A DNA stretch of 64,000 nucleotides from Bacteroidales bacterium. GTDB lineage: Bacteria > Bacteroidota > Bacteroidia > Bacteroidales > UBA3824. This document shows, piece by piece, positions 39,725 to 48,874 of the stretch. Under the pieces are notes generated by a model, which ran no database searches, was not told where the DNA came from, and was given only the letters and a program-made list of their open reading frames with translations. Location: contig JAGCYI010000230.1 in NCBI GenBank assembly GCA_017960885.1, forward strand, positions 3,175 through 67,174, written 5' to 3'. The number at the start of each line of letters is the position of its first letter. The stretch's first letter is position 1. The translations under genes were made by a program, and so were the position numbers.

Positions 39725-40615
39725 ATGGAACAAACAGAAACCATGCGCCCAACGGCGAGCAAATTCTACCGGCGCAAATTATTGATGTCCACATTCTCCA
39801 CCACGCTATGTATAGCGTTGGTGCTCTATATGTCGGGACTGTTTTTTATGTTAATTTTTAACACACAGCATATCAGTGATATGTTTCGCAGCAACATTAA
39901 ACTTACAATCACACTCAACGACAACAGCAGCCTTGCCTCTATCGAGATGTTTCGCAAGCAGCTGTCGACATATCCGTTTGTGCGCGAGAGCAAGTTTATT
40001 TCAAAGGATGTGGCTGCCGACGAACTCAAAGAAGAGCTCGGCGAGGACTTTGTGGCTATACTCGACGGCAATAATCCGTTGATGTCGCGTATCGAGGTGA
40101 AACTCAACAGCGAGTACGCCACCCTCGACAGCATCAAGTCGCTATCGCGCCAGCTGAAAACCAACAAGGTGGTAGACGAGGTGAATTTTCCGCACAACGT
40201 ATGGCGCAATTCTACTTCGGTGCTAAACAAGGTTTCCACTATTGTGTTTACTCTGAGCCTGGTGCTGCTGGTTATCACCATCATATTTATTAGCAATACG
40301 GTAAGGTTGCAGATGTCGGGCAACAGGTTTGATATCCGCACTGCAAAACTTATTGGCGCATCTACTTGGACAATTACAAAGCCTTATTTAAAACGTGCGC
40401 TTATTCAGTCGGTGGTGGCAATCGTGCTATCTACCGTGGGTCTTACCCTTACAGTTAAATTTATCGAGAAGATTGTAGACGGCGTTGTAACTATCACTGC
40501 GTTTCCTACCACTCTTTTGGTAATGGCTTTGGCTGGTTTCGCTATCAGCTTGGTTACCACTTGGTATTATTCGCGCAAGTATATGCTCGCCGACGAGGAC
40601 GAACTTTATTATTAA
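39725..40615 (+). CDS. ftsX: Cell division permease FtsX
   Basis: ALVL..G, FISKD.A..ELGEDF..NPL, ISNTVRL..KLIGA, DELY; start at ATG 39725. Confidence 0.9.
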   Translation: MEQTETMRPTASKFYRRKLLMSTFSTTLCIALVLYMSGLFFMLIFNTQHISDMFRSNIKLTITLNDNSSLASIEMFRKQLSTYPFVRESKFISKDVAADELKEELGEDFVAILDGNNPLMSRIEVKLNSEYATLDSIKSLSRQLKTNKVVDEVNFPHNVWRNSTSVLNKVSTIVFTLSLVLLVITIIFISNTVRLQMSGNRFDIRTAKLIGASTWTITKPYLKRALIQSVVAIVLSTVGLTLTVKFIEKIVDGVVTITAFPTTLLVMALAGFAISLVTTWYYSRKYMLADEDELYY

Positions 40616-40627
40616 CATCATAACAAT

Positions 40628-41356
40628 ATGAAATACGCATTAGTAACAGGAGGAAGCCGCGGACTTGGACGCGCTATCTGTGTAAAACTCGCAAGCCAAG
40701 GATTCAAGGTGCTTATCAACTATGTCTCTAACGAGGCAAAAGCTAAAGAGACTCTTGAACTTACAAAACAGGCAGGTCAAGAGGGCGAACTTATCAAGTT
40801 TGACGTAGCCAACTACGAAGAGACCACAGCCGCTATTGAGCAATGGCTCAACGACAACAAGGGCGAATATATCGACGTGCTTGTAAACAACGCCGGTATA
40901 CGCAAAGACAACCTCTTGCCCCTTATGCCCAAAGAAGACTGGGCTGCCGTTACCACTATCACTATCAACGGTTTCTACAACGTTACCCGCGCAGTTCTGC
41001 CGAAGATGGTGCGCAAAAAACACGGAAGAATTATCAATATGGCATCTGTTTCGGGCATAATAGGTCTTCCTGGACAAACCAACTACTCGGCTTCAAAAGG
41101 CGCAATTATTGCCGCTACCAAAGCCCTCTCAAAAGAAGTTGGTAGAAAGAATATTACCGTTAACGCTATCGCTCCGGGATTTATCCGCACAGATATGACC
41201 GAGGGACTTCCTGAGGAAGAACTCGTTAAGACAATTTCGCTCGGACGTTTCGGCGAGGCCGAAGAAGTTGCTGATTTGGTTTCGTTCCTTGCTTCCGACT
41301 CGGCAGCATACATTACCGGCGAGTGCATCGCTATCACCGGCGGTTTGATGGGTTAA
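40628..41356 (+). CDS. fabG: 3-oxoacyl-ACP reductase (aryl-polyene-cluster-like)
   Basis: TGGSRGLG, NNAGIRKD, YSASK, VNAIAPGFI.TDM. Confidence 0.92.
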   Translation: MKYALVTGGSRGLGRAICVKLASQGFKVLINYVSNEAKAKETLELTKQAGQEGELIKFDVANYEETTAAIEQWLNDNKGEYIDVLVNNAGIRKDNLLPLMPKEDWAAVTTITINGFYNVTRAVLPKMVRKKHGRIINMASVSGIIGLPGQTNYSASKGAIIAATKALSKEVGRKNITVNAIAPGFIRTDMTEGLPEEELVKTISLGRFGEAEEVADLVSFLASDSAAYITGECIAITGGLMG

Positions 41357-41379
41357 AAATTTTTTACCAATCTTATAGT

Positions 41380-41411
41380 AAGCAAACGCCACAAGGTGTT
41401 TGCTTTTTTTT
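41380..41411. terminator. Intrinsic terminator after fabG
   Basis: AAGCAAACGCC-ACAA-GGTGTTTGCTT followed by a T-run. Confidence 0.8.
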
Positions 41412-41912
41412 TTAAAATTTGGCAGCCAAATCGTTTTGAGTGTTAAGCGAAATGTTGTCTACGGCGTTCTGGTCTGTAACTTCAAATCCATCGCAGAAAT
41501 ATTTGTAGACCTTGCCATCAATGTAGTAGGCGCTTTCTAAATACGACGAGTCAACGTCTAAAAACACATTCCTGTTCATAAATACAGGCCGCGACGAGCG
41601 AATGTAGTAGTCGGTGTTTCGTCCCGAGCTGTCGAGAATCGACACCTTTACCACGTTGCCGTTGAGCGTGCATACTACCGCATATCCATTTTCAATTTGG
41701 GTGCGTTTAAAATCAAACATGTCGCCACTCTCGCGTATAGTGTTGACATATTGGTCGATAGTGTCGATTAGTGCTGCCTCGTCGGTGGCGGCAGATGTGG
41801 TTTCTGTGTCTGGCACTTGCGCGTTTTGCCCTGTATGTTGGCCAGAATTTCGGCAACCTTGCATAGTTAAAAGCATGATTAGTGCGGTTGCTATGATGTT
41901 TAATTTTTCCAT
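41412..41912 (-). CDS. Hypothetical lipoprotein
   Basis: Start ATG 41912; MEKLNIIATALIMLLTMQGC lipobox. Confidence 0.7.
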   Translation of the reverse strand: MEKLNIIATALIMLLTMQGCRNSGQHTGQNAQVPDTETTSAATDEAALIDTIDQYVNTIRESGDMFDFKRTQIENGYAVVCTLNGNVVKVSILDSSGRNTDYYIRSSRPVFMNRNVFLDVDSSYLESAYYIDGKVYKYFCDGFEVTDQNAVDNISLNTQNDLAAKF

Positions 41913-42158
41913 GACGGTTGTGAGTTTGAGTAGCAGTTGTACAATTAAAAATTGCAATTAGTTGAAAATAATGCAATTCTCCTATATCTGAGCTTGTATA
42001 ATTTGACACTGCAATATACAAATAATAAAACAAACTACAAATTTTTTTTGATAAAAATTATAATAGTATTTTGTTAAAAAAAACTTTGCTCAAAACAGCT
42101 TATAATCCAAAAAATCTTATTACATTGCACCAAATTTTTATAAGTATAGTATTTACAC

Positions 42159-43475
42159 ATGAAACCGTTAAATATTGCAATATTAGGCTGCGGCACGGTA
42201 GGCGGTGGCGTAGCTAAAATTCTTACAGAGCAGAAAGACCTGCTGTCGAAACGTGCTGGTCGCGAAATCAACCTTAAATATATAGCGGAGCTTAATCCGC
42301 CCGCCGCTATCAATCGTTTCGGATTGGATAAAAAATATTTTATAGGTGGCGGCGTGGAAGTTAGCCGCGAAGATGCAGGCAAAAACATTCAAAAAGTGCT
42401 CACCGACCCCGATGTAGACGTTGTGGTAGAAACTATGGGTGGCACATCCAACTTTGTTCACGACACATGTTTCGGAGTGGTTCACAATGGCAAAAACCTT
42501 GTTACAGCCAACAAAGCCCTCCTTGCCGAACGTGGCGTAGATATTTTTCAGGAGGCTGAAAATCAAAATGTTAAAATCGGATATGAAGCCGCAGTATGTG
42601 GCGCTATTCCTATTATAAAAGGTATCAAAGAGAGTTTCACCGGCGACATCATCAACGAGGTGTGCGGTATATTCAACGGCACAAGCAACTATATCCTCAC
42701 TCAGATGCAGCAGAAGGGTCTCGACTTTGACTCGGCTCTTAAACTTGCCCAGCAGAACGGTTACGCCGAAGCCGACCCCACTCTCGATATCAACGGCGGC
42801 GACGCTAGCCACAAACTTATCCTCTTGATCAAACTCGCTTTCGGTATCGACGTGTCGATGGAACAGCTGTCGCGCATTGGTATTCAGAATATTACCAAAA
42901 ACGATATCGACTTTGCTTCCGAAATTAACGCCTCGATAAAACTTATCTGCATGGCTAAGCGCGAGGGTAACCAGATTTTTGCTACTGTCCGTCCAATGGC
43001 TGTGAAGAACGACAATATTCTTTCGAGCGTAAACTTCGCTGTTAATGCTGTGAAGCTTGAGGCTGAATATTCAAAAACCCATTTCTTTATCGGCAAGGGC
43101 GCAGGCAGCAGCGAGACAGCAATGTCGATTGTATCTGATATCGTGTTTATTGCACGTCATGGATTATCAGATACTTATACTGAGAAAAATTCATTCTCTC
43201 TGGGTGATACCAACAAGATTGAATTCCCCTATTTGGTTTCGTTTAAAACTAAAAACCTGCCCGGAACCACTGGCTTAATTACCACAGCTATTGGTAATCA
43301 GCAAATTAATATCGAAACCGTTAGTCACAACCGTTTTAGTGGCGAAACAGCTGACTTCTCTATCGAAACAGCATCGTGCGCTATTGAACAAATTGAAAAA
43401 GCTATCAACGAGATAAAGTCGCTAAACAATGATCTTCTCTTGGCAGAGCCGAAGGTTCTCCCGATACTTTTTTAA
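42159..43475 (+). CDS. hom: Homoserine dehydrogenase with ACT domain
   Basis: GCGTVG, VTANKA, YEAAVCGAIP, GIFNGTSNYIL, GYAEADP, GKGAG; C-terminal ACT. Confidence 0.95.
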   Translation: MKPLNIAILGCGTVGGGVAKILTEQKDLLSKRAGREINLKYIAELNPPAAINRFGLDKKYFIGGGVEVSREDAGKNIQKVLTDPDVDVVVETMGGTSNFVHDTCFGVVHNGKNLVTANKALLAERGVDIFQEAENQNVKIGYEAAVCGAIPIIKGIKESFTGDIINEVCGIFNGTSNYILTQMQQKGLDFDSALKLAQQNGYAEADPTLDINGGDASHKLILLIKLAFGIDVSMEQLSRIGIQNITKNDIDFASEINASIKLICMAKREGNQIFATVRPMAVKNDNILSSVNFAVNAVKLEAEYSKTHFFIGKGAGSSETAMSIVSDIVFIARHGLSDTYTEKNSFSLGDTNKIEFPYLVSFKTKNLPGTTGLITTAIGNQQINIETVSHNRFSGETADFSIETASCAIEQIEKAINEIKSLNNDLLLAEPKVLPILF

Positions 43476-43496
43476 CAGATTATAGACTGTACCAAT

Positions 43497-43958
43497 ATGG
43501 ACAAAATGTATTATTACCGTAGTGGCAACGCTCAGATAGGTCCTGTACCTGTTGAGCAGATGCGTGGTGTAGTTACTCCAAGCACATACGTTTGGGCTAC
43601 GGGAATGTCCACTTGGAAACAAGCGGCAGAGGTGCCCGAACTTATGTCGCAACTCAGTTTAGTTGTCCCTAGTCAGAACACAATCATGCCTCCGAAGCCC
43701 GACAATCATTTGGTGTTGTCTATTATTGCCATTGTTGCTTGTCAGCCGCTTGGAATTGTTGCTTTAATTATGTCTTTACAATGTGATTCGGCATATAACC
43801 GTGGTGATTACAACGATGCTGTGAGTAAGGCAAAATTGGCAAAGACTCTATCTTTGGTCGGTTTGATATCATTTGGAGCATTAATTGTAACGATTATTCT
43901 GTCTAACATCATAATACCTATATTTTTTGCAGCGCTTGCTGCTATGTCTTCAGCATAG
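43497..43958 (+). CDS. GYF_2 (DUF4339) + CD225/dispanin protein
   Basis: YYY..QIGPV..TYVW..GM..W; PDNHLVLSII..CQPLGIVA..GDY..A. Confidence 0.88.
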   Translation: MDKMYYYRSGNAQIGPVPVEQMRGVVTPSTYVWATGMSTWKQAAEVPELMSQLSLVVPSQNTIMPPKPDNHLVLSIIAIVACQPLGIVALIMSLQCDSAYNRGDYNDAVSKAKLAKTLSLVGLISFGALIVTIILSNIIIPIFFAALAAMSSA

Positions 43959-44082
43959 GCTTTTTTTTTAAACAACATAAAACTATACAAGAAATAATAC
44001 GTTACTAAATAATTATAATCTTCTGTTGGAAGTATCTAAAGTGCTTCTGATATTGTTTTAACAAATAAAAAAATAAGATAAA

Positions 44083-44634
44083 ATGGAAAAGACTTACTAT
44101 TATCGTGTGGGCGAACAACAGATTGGCCCCGTTTCGCTTGATCAAATGCGTGGCGCCGTATCACTTGATACCTACGTTTGGTGTGAAGGTATGGCTTCTT
44201 GGGCACAGATCAACCAGCTCCCTGATGTTATGTTTCAACTCGGTTTCTCAGCCGACCAACCTCAGCCGCAGCCTGAGGCTCAAGCCCAACCTCAGCCGCA
44301 GTACGCACAACCGTCGTACCAACAGCCACAGCCAAACACCAACAGTGAAATTAAAAATGAGCCCAGCGGCACAAAACCTGCAAAACCTAACAACTATCTT
44401 GTATTGTCGATTATTTCGATCCTCGTGAGCTGTATAATCGGTATTGTTGCTCTCGTATTCTCAATACTTTCGGATAGCGATTACAAGAAAGGAGATTACA
44501 AAGGCGCAGAAGAAAAGGCTAAGATTGCTAAGATTGTTGCTATTGTAGGTCTTGTCTTAGGCGGTTTGTATTGGATTTTTAATATTCTTACCGTTCTCCT
44601 AGCAGTTGGTGCTGGTGCTTTACAATCGTACTAA
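44083..44634 (+). CDS. GYF_2 + CD225/dispanin protein (tandem paralog, Q/P linker)
   Basis: Same architecture; PNNYLVLSII..GIVALVFS..GDY..A. Confidence 0.88.
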   Translation: MEKTYYYRVGEQQIGPVSLDQMRGAVSLDTYVWCEGMASWAQINQLPDVMFQLGFSADQPQPQPEAQAQPQPQYAQPSYQQPQPNTNSEIKNEPSGTKPAKPNNYLVLSIISILVSCIIGIVALVFSILSDSDYKKGDYKGAEEKAKIAKIVAIVGLVLGGLYWIFNILTVLLAVGAGALQSY

Positions 44635-44637
44635 GCT

Positions 44638-45036
44638 TTGAAATTTAATAAGATTGATATTTTTTTAGTTGCCCTCTTAGCGGTTTTTGTCGCAGGGGGC
44701 ATCTATTTTTATAAGGTGTTTGACCCATCAACGAGCGGAATGCCTTTCCCAAAGTGCTTTTTCTATGTGCTTACTGGCTACAAGTGTCCTGGATGTGGCA
44801 TGCAGCGTGCTCTACATCAATTGCTCAACGGCAATTTAGCGGAGTCGGTTAGGCAGAATGCGCTTATCTATTTTGCCATACCTTATGTTGTAGTAATGTC
44901 GGTGGCAAAAAAAAGCGCGGCTTTCAAAGAGAAATTTCCGCGCCTTTCGTTGTTTTTCAATGGTTACCGCTCCACACTGTTGGTTGCGGTAATGGTTCTC
45001 GCATTTTGGGTTTTGAGAAACGTCTGGGGATTTTAG
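44638..45036 (+). CDS. DUF2752 membrane protein
   Basis: FPKC.F..LTGYKCPGCGMQRALH.LL.G..N, FWVLRN. Confidence 0.9.
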   Translation: MKFNKIDIFLVALLAVFVAGGIYFYKVFDPSTSGMPFPKCFFYVLTGYKCPGCGMQRALHQLLNGNLAESVRQNALIYFAIPYVVVMSVAKKSAAFKEKFPRLSLFFNGYRSTLLVAVMVLAFWVLRNVWGF

Positions 45037-46196
45037 GCTATGCCTAATGATTTTTTTGCAAGTTCCACAGCCTCAGTGCCGCCGGTGTGCTTGATGGGGT
45101 TGTCGGAGAGTTTCACCACCTTGGTCCATTGGTTGTTTACCATTACAGTATCTATTTTGATAACCATGTTCAACGGCTTTACTCCCACATCGTTGGTAAA
45201 GTTGGTGCCTATGCCGAACGACATTCCTATTCTGCCTTTGCAGTATTCCACAATTTGTTTCACCATATCGGGGTTGAGAGCGTCGGAGAATACTATGGTC
45301 TTGCTTAATGGATTGATTCTCAATTTTTTGTAATGCTCTATGGTTTTGTCGGCAAATTCGAGCGGCGAGCCAGAGTCGTGCCTTACACCGTCGAACAGTT
45401 TGGCGTATAGCGTGTCGAAGTCGCGGAAGAAAACCTCTGTGGTGAATGTGTCGGAGAGTGCAATGCCAAGGTCGCCACGGTAAACGTTGACCCAGTTTTC
45501 GAGCGCGAGCTTGTTGGCAATCTTGTAGCCGAACTTTGCAGCGTGAAACATAAACCATTCGTGAGCGTGAGTGCCTATGGGGGTGGTGTTGTATTTCATT
45601 GCAAGATAAACATTGCTTGTGCCCACAAAAGTGTTTGGCGCATATTTGTTCAATGTGGCTACGATATCGTCTTGGTTTTCAAACGAATAGCGGCGGCGAG
45701 TGCCAAAGTCGGCAATCTTCAGTCCTAATCCGCTGTAGATTTTCATCTTGTCGTCGGCTATCTGTGTGCGTTTTGCTTTGTCGTAGGGTTTTGCGCCCGT
45801 CATCTTGAAGAAAAGCTCGCTGATGATAGCCATCAGAGGCACTTCCCAAAGAATTGTTCTATACCATAGACCTTCAATTATTACTTCAAGGTTGCCGCCT
45901 TCTTGGCTGATTTTCACTTCGTTAGGATCGAAACGGTAACCAGCAATAAAATCTAAGTACGCTTGCGGCAGGTAGTAGCATTTCTCTTGGAGAAATTTAT
46001 GTTCCTCTTTGGTGAGTTTTAAATTGGCCATAGAGTCTACTTCCTCTCTTAAAGCCTGGGCAAACCCCTCCGGAAACTGGTCGCCGCCACGGTTGGTGAA
46101 ACGGTATCTCACCACATCGCTCGGAAAGAGCGACACAACTCCGTACTGCATTGTAAACTTGTACAAGTCGTTGTCGGTAAAATGTTGTATAATCAT
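45033..46196 (-). CDS. pncB: Nicotinate phosphoribosyltransferase
   Basis: DNDLYKFTMQ, DFGTRRR, GTHAHEW, GVRHDSG, FGIGT. Confidence 0.97.
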   Translation of the reverse strand: MIIQHFTDNDLYKFTMQYGVVSLFPSDVVRYRFTNRGGDQFPEGFAQALREEVDSMANLKLTKEEHKFLQEKCYYLPQAYLDFIAGYRFDPNEVKISQEGGNLEVIIEGLWYRTILWEVPLMAIISELFFKMTGAKPYDKAKRTQIADDKMKIYSGLGLKIADFGTRRRYSFENQDDIVATLNKYAPNTFVGTSNVYLAMKYNTTPIGTHAHEWFMFHAAKFGYKIANKLALENWVNVYRGDLGIALSDTFTTEVFFRDFDTLYAKLFDGVRHDSGSPLEFADKTIEHYKKLRINPLSKTIVFSDALNPDMVKQIVEYCKGRIGMSFGIGTNFTNDVGVKPLNMVIKIDTVMVNNQWTKVVKLSDNPIKHTGGTEAVELAKKSLGIA

Positions 46197-46405
46197 AATG
46201 TTTAAATTTTGGTTACTATATAATAAGGTGTGTTTTTACATTGTGTATTTATTACACAAACGCAAAATTATCCAAATTGTTTTTACTGAAGAATTTTTTT
46301 TGTAAAAATCTTAAAAAAAAGTTCGAAATTTTATTCGCTAAATTAAAAAAAAACTTATATTTGTTGAAAAATAAATAAATGTTTCACCTCTTAACTTTTA
46401 GTAAT

Positions 46406-46804
46406 ATGAAAGAAAATTTTATTGACATCTTGAAAAATCATTATTTTGATTTAGAGGGACGTGCAAGACGTAAAGAGTTTTGGATGTTCCTTTTGTGGTA
46501 TTTCATTCTTTATATACCCATTTATATTATAGCTTTTGTTTTAACTTACATAACCGAAGTGGCATATATTTTACCGATAGTTGTCGGTATTTTCTGCCTT
46601 GCTTTGATAGCTCCCTCTTTCAGTCTTGTAATTCGTAGACTTCACGACATAGGCAAGAGCGGCTGGTATTGGTTGGTTGGTTTAATACCTTTTATTGGAG
46701 GTATCATTCTTTTGGTATGGTATTGTACCGAAGGCACCATTGGCCCCAATGAGTATGGTCCCGATCCCAAAGCTGCAGAACGCGGCGGAGTTGTGGCACA
46801 ATAG
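46406..46804 (+). CDS. DUF805 inner-membrane protein
   Basis: GRARRKEFW, IRRLHDIGKSGW, GPNEYGPDP. Confidence 0.93.
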   Translation: MKENFIDILKNHYFDLEGRARRKEFWMFLLWYFILYIPIYIIAFVLTYITEVAYILPIVVGIFCLALIAPSFSLVIRRLHDIGKSGWYWLVGLIPFIGGIILLVWYCTEGTIGPNEYGPDPKAAERGGVVAQ

Positions 46805-46831
46805 TGAACGGAGCATAGCTCTTTAATAGTC

Positions 46832-46877
46832 AACGTCTGAAATCAGCATTTTAAGTGTTGGTTTCAGACGTTTTTTT
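46832..46877 (+). terminator. Intrinsic terminator
   Basis: AACGTCTGAAATCAGCA..TGTTGGTTTCAGACGTT followed by a T-run. Confidence 0.85.
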
Positions 46878-46932
46878 ATGTCCATCACTAAAAAAAACAT
46901 TAAAACATTTTTTAGATTCAAAAAATAATAAC

Positions 46933-47017
46933 TAATTTTGCACGTCCGATTTATTATCCATACTTCAGATAGAAGTAGTTAGAAATTAATAAGTTAAATT
47001 TTAAAAGTTAAAAAAAA
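46933..47017 (+). promoter_or_regulatory. rplM promoter and 5' leader
   Basis: TAATTTTG -7 motif, hairpin TACTTC-AGATA-GAAGTA (46961-46977), GTG start. Confidence 0.5.
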
Positions 47018-47482
47018 GTGGATTCATTAAGTTACAAAACAGTATCGCTCAACAAGGCTACCGTAAACAAAGAGTGGCTCTTGGTAGACGCGACCAACCA
47101 GACCTTAGGACGTTTTGCGTCTAAGGTTGCCATGCTGTTGAGGGGCAAATACAAAGCCTCTTTCACACCGCATGTAGACTGCGGCGACAACGTGATAGTC
47201 ATCAACGCCGACAAAATTAGATTGACAGGAGACAAATGGGCTCAGAAAGAGTACGTTCATCACTCTCTCTATCCCGGTGGTCAGAAAATCGAAATCGCAA
47301 AAGATTTCTTCAAGAAGGCCAACGGTCCTGAGCGCATCATCGAGAAGGCAGTTAGAGGCATGCTCCCCAAGAACAGACTCGGCGACGCCATCCTGCGCAA
47401 CAACCTCAAAGTTTATAAGGGCGAGCAGCACCCTCACGAGGCACAGCAGCCCAAACTCATCAACTTAAACGAACTTAGATAA
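47018..47482 (+). CDS. rplM: 50S ribosomal protein L13
   Basis: W.LVDA..LGR, TPHVDCGD.VIVINA, GMLPKNRLG. Confidence 0.98.
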   Translation: MDSLSYKTVSLNKATVNKEWLLVDATNQTLGRFASKVAMLLRGKYKASFTPHVDCGDNVIVINADKIRLTGDKWAQKEYVHHSLYPGGQKIEIAKDFFKKANGPERIIEKAVRGMLPKNRLGDAILRNNLKVYKGEQHPHEAQQPKLINLNELR

Positions 47483-47484
47483 TC

Positions 47485-47874
47485 ATGGCAGAAGTTACAA
47501 ACAAAGTAGGCAGAAGAAAAGCCGCTATCGCGCGCGTTTTCGTAACTCCCGGCAAAGGAGAAATCAAAGTTAACGGAAAAGACTACAAAGAGTACTTCAC
47601 AGTGCCGCAGTTCCAGAAAGTAGTAGTTCAGGCTTTGGCTCAGATCAACCAGGCCGAAAACTACGACGTTAAGGTTAACGTATGCGGCGGTGGTTTCAAA
47701 GGTCAGGCAGAGGCTATCCGCTTGGGTATCGCCCGCGCACTCGTTGAAATCAACCCCGAAGACCGCGTAGCATTGAAGAAAGAAGGTTTCCTCAGCCGCG
47801 ACTCGCGCGTTGTAGAGCGTAAGAAACCCGGTCGTCCCGGCGCACGCAAACGCTTCCAGTTCAGTAAGCGATAA
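47485..47874 (+). CDS. rpsI: 30S ribosomal protein S9
   Basis: GRRKAAIARV, GGG..GQAEAIRLGIARAL, QFSKR. Confidence 0.98.
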   Translation: MAEVTNKVGRRKAAIARVFVTPGKGEIKVNGKDYKEYFTVPQFQKVVVQALAQINQAENYDVKVNVCGGGFKGQAEAIRLGIARALVEINPEDRVALKKEGFLSRDSRVVERKKPGRPGARKRFQFSKR

Positions 47875-47979
47875 TTTTAGTTTAGTATCCAAACTGCCGA
47901 GACCTGCGGCGCAAGAGAGTTGTCCCGTAGCTACCCGAGCAGTTGAATTAAGTAGAACGTAAACAAAACACCAATTAAA
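47875..47979 (+). promoter_or_regulatory. Structured rpsB leader (candidate S2 autoregulatory element)
   Basis: GC-rich intergenic stretch closed by an AACTGC/GCAGTT stem (47892-47944). Confidence 0.45.
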
Positions 47980-48807
47980 ATGGCAGTAAATTTCGAAGAT
48001 TTATTAAACGCAGGTGTACATTTCGGACACTTGAAAAGAAAATGGAATCCTGCAATGGCCCCTTACATCTTTATGGAGAAGGGCGGAATCCACATAATTG
48101 ACTTACACAAGACAGCAGCCAAACTCGAAGAGGCAGCCGCTGCTATCAAACAAATTGCTAAATCGGGCAGAAAAATCCTTTTTGTTGCTACTAAAAAGCA
48201 GGCTAAGGAAATCGTTGCAGAAAAGGTTAAGGCTATCAACATGCCTTACGTTACAGAACGCTGGTCGGGCGGTATGCTCACCAACTTCCCCACTGTACGC
48301 AAAGCCGTTAAAAAAATGACTACCATCGACAAGATGGCTACCGACGGTACTTTCGACCAACTTTCTAAACGCGAAAAACTCCAGATCAACCGTCAGCGCG
48401 AAAAACTCGAGAAAAACCTCGGCTCTATCGCCGACCTTACTCGCGTTCCTGCTGCTTTGTTCGTAGTAGACGTTACTAAAGAAAAAATCGCCGTTAAAGA
48501 GGCTAAGAGACTCCGTATCCCCGTATTCGCTATGGTGGACACCAACTCTAACCCCAACGACGTTGACTTTGTAATTCCTGCTAACGACGACGCTGCAAAA
48601 TCTATCTCTATCGTACTCGACGTTATCACTGGTGCTATCGCCGAGGGCGTTGCTGAGCGCAAAGTTGACGCTCCTGAGAAAGATGCTGCTAAAGCTGCCG
48701 ACAACAAACATGGCAAAGTGCGCAAAACACGTGCACGCAAAGGCTCTGACGAAAAAGCCGAAGATGCCAAAGCAGACGCTGAAAACACAGAAGATAGCAA
48801 CAAGTAA
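47980..48807 (+). CDS. rpsB: 30S ribosomal protein S2
   Basis: AGVHFGH, WNPAM, RW.GGMLTN, DTNS.P, IPANDDA. Confidence 0.98.
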   Translation: MAVNFEDLLNAGVHFGHLKRKWNPAMAPYIFMEKGGIHIIDLHKTAAKLEEAAAAIKQIAKSGRKILFVATKKQAKEIVAEKVKAINMPYVTERWSGGMLTNFPTVRKAVKKMTTIDKMATDGTFDQLSKREKLQINRQREKLEKNLGSIADLTRVPAALFVVDVTKEKIAVKEAKRLRIPVFAMVDTNSNPNDVDFVIPANDDAAKSISIVLDVITGAIAEGVAERKVDAPEKDAAKAADNKHGKVRKTRARKGSDEKAEDAKADAENTEDSNK

Positions 48808-48814
48808 TTAATAA

Positions 48815-48850
48815 GCCTTCCCGCAGAAAGAGGCGGGAAGGCGTTTTTTT
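48815..48850 (+). terminator. Terminator/attenuator between rpsB and tsf
   Basis: GCCTTCCCGC..GCGGGAAGGC followed by a T-run. Confidence 0.8.
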
Positions 48851-48874
48851 CTAACCAATTAAATCCATATAACA

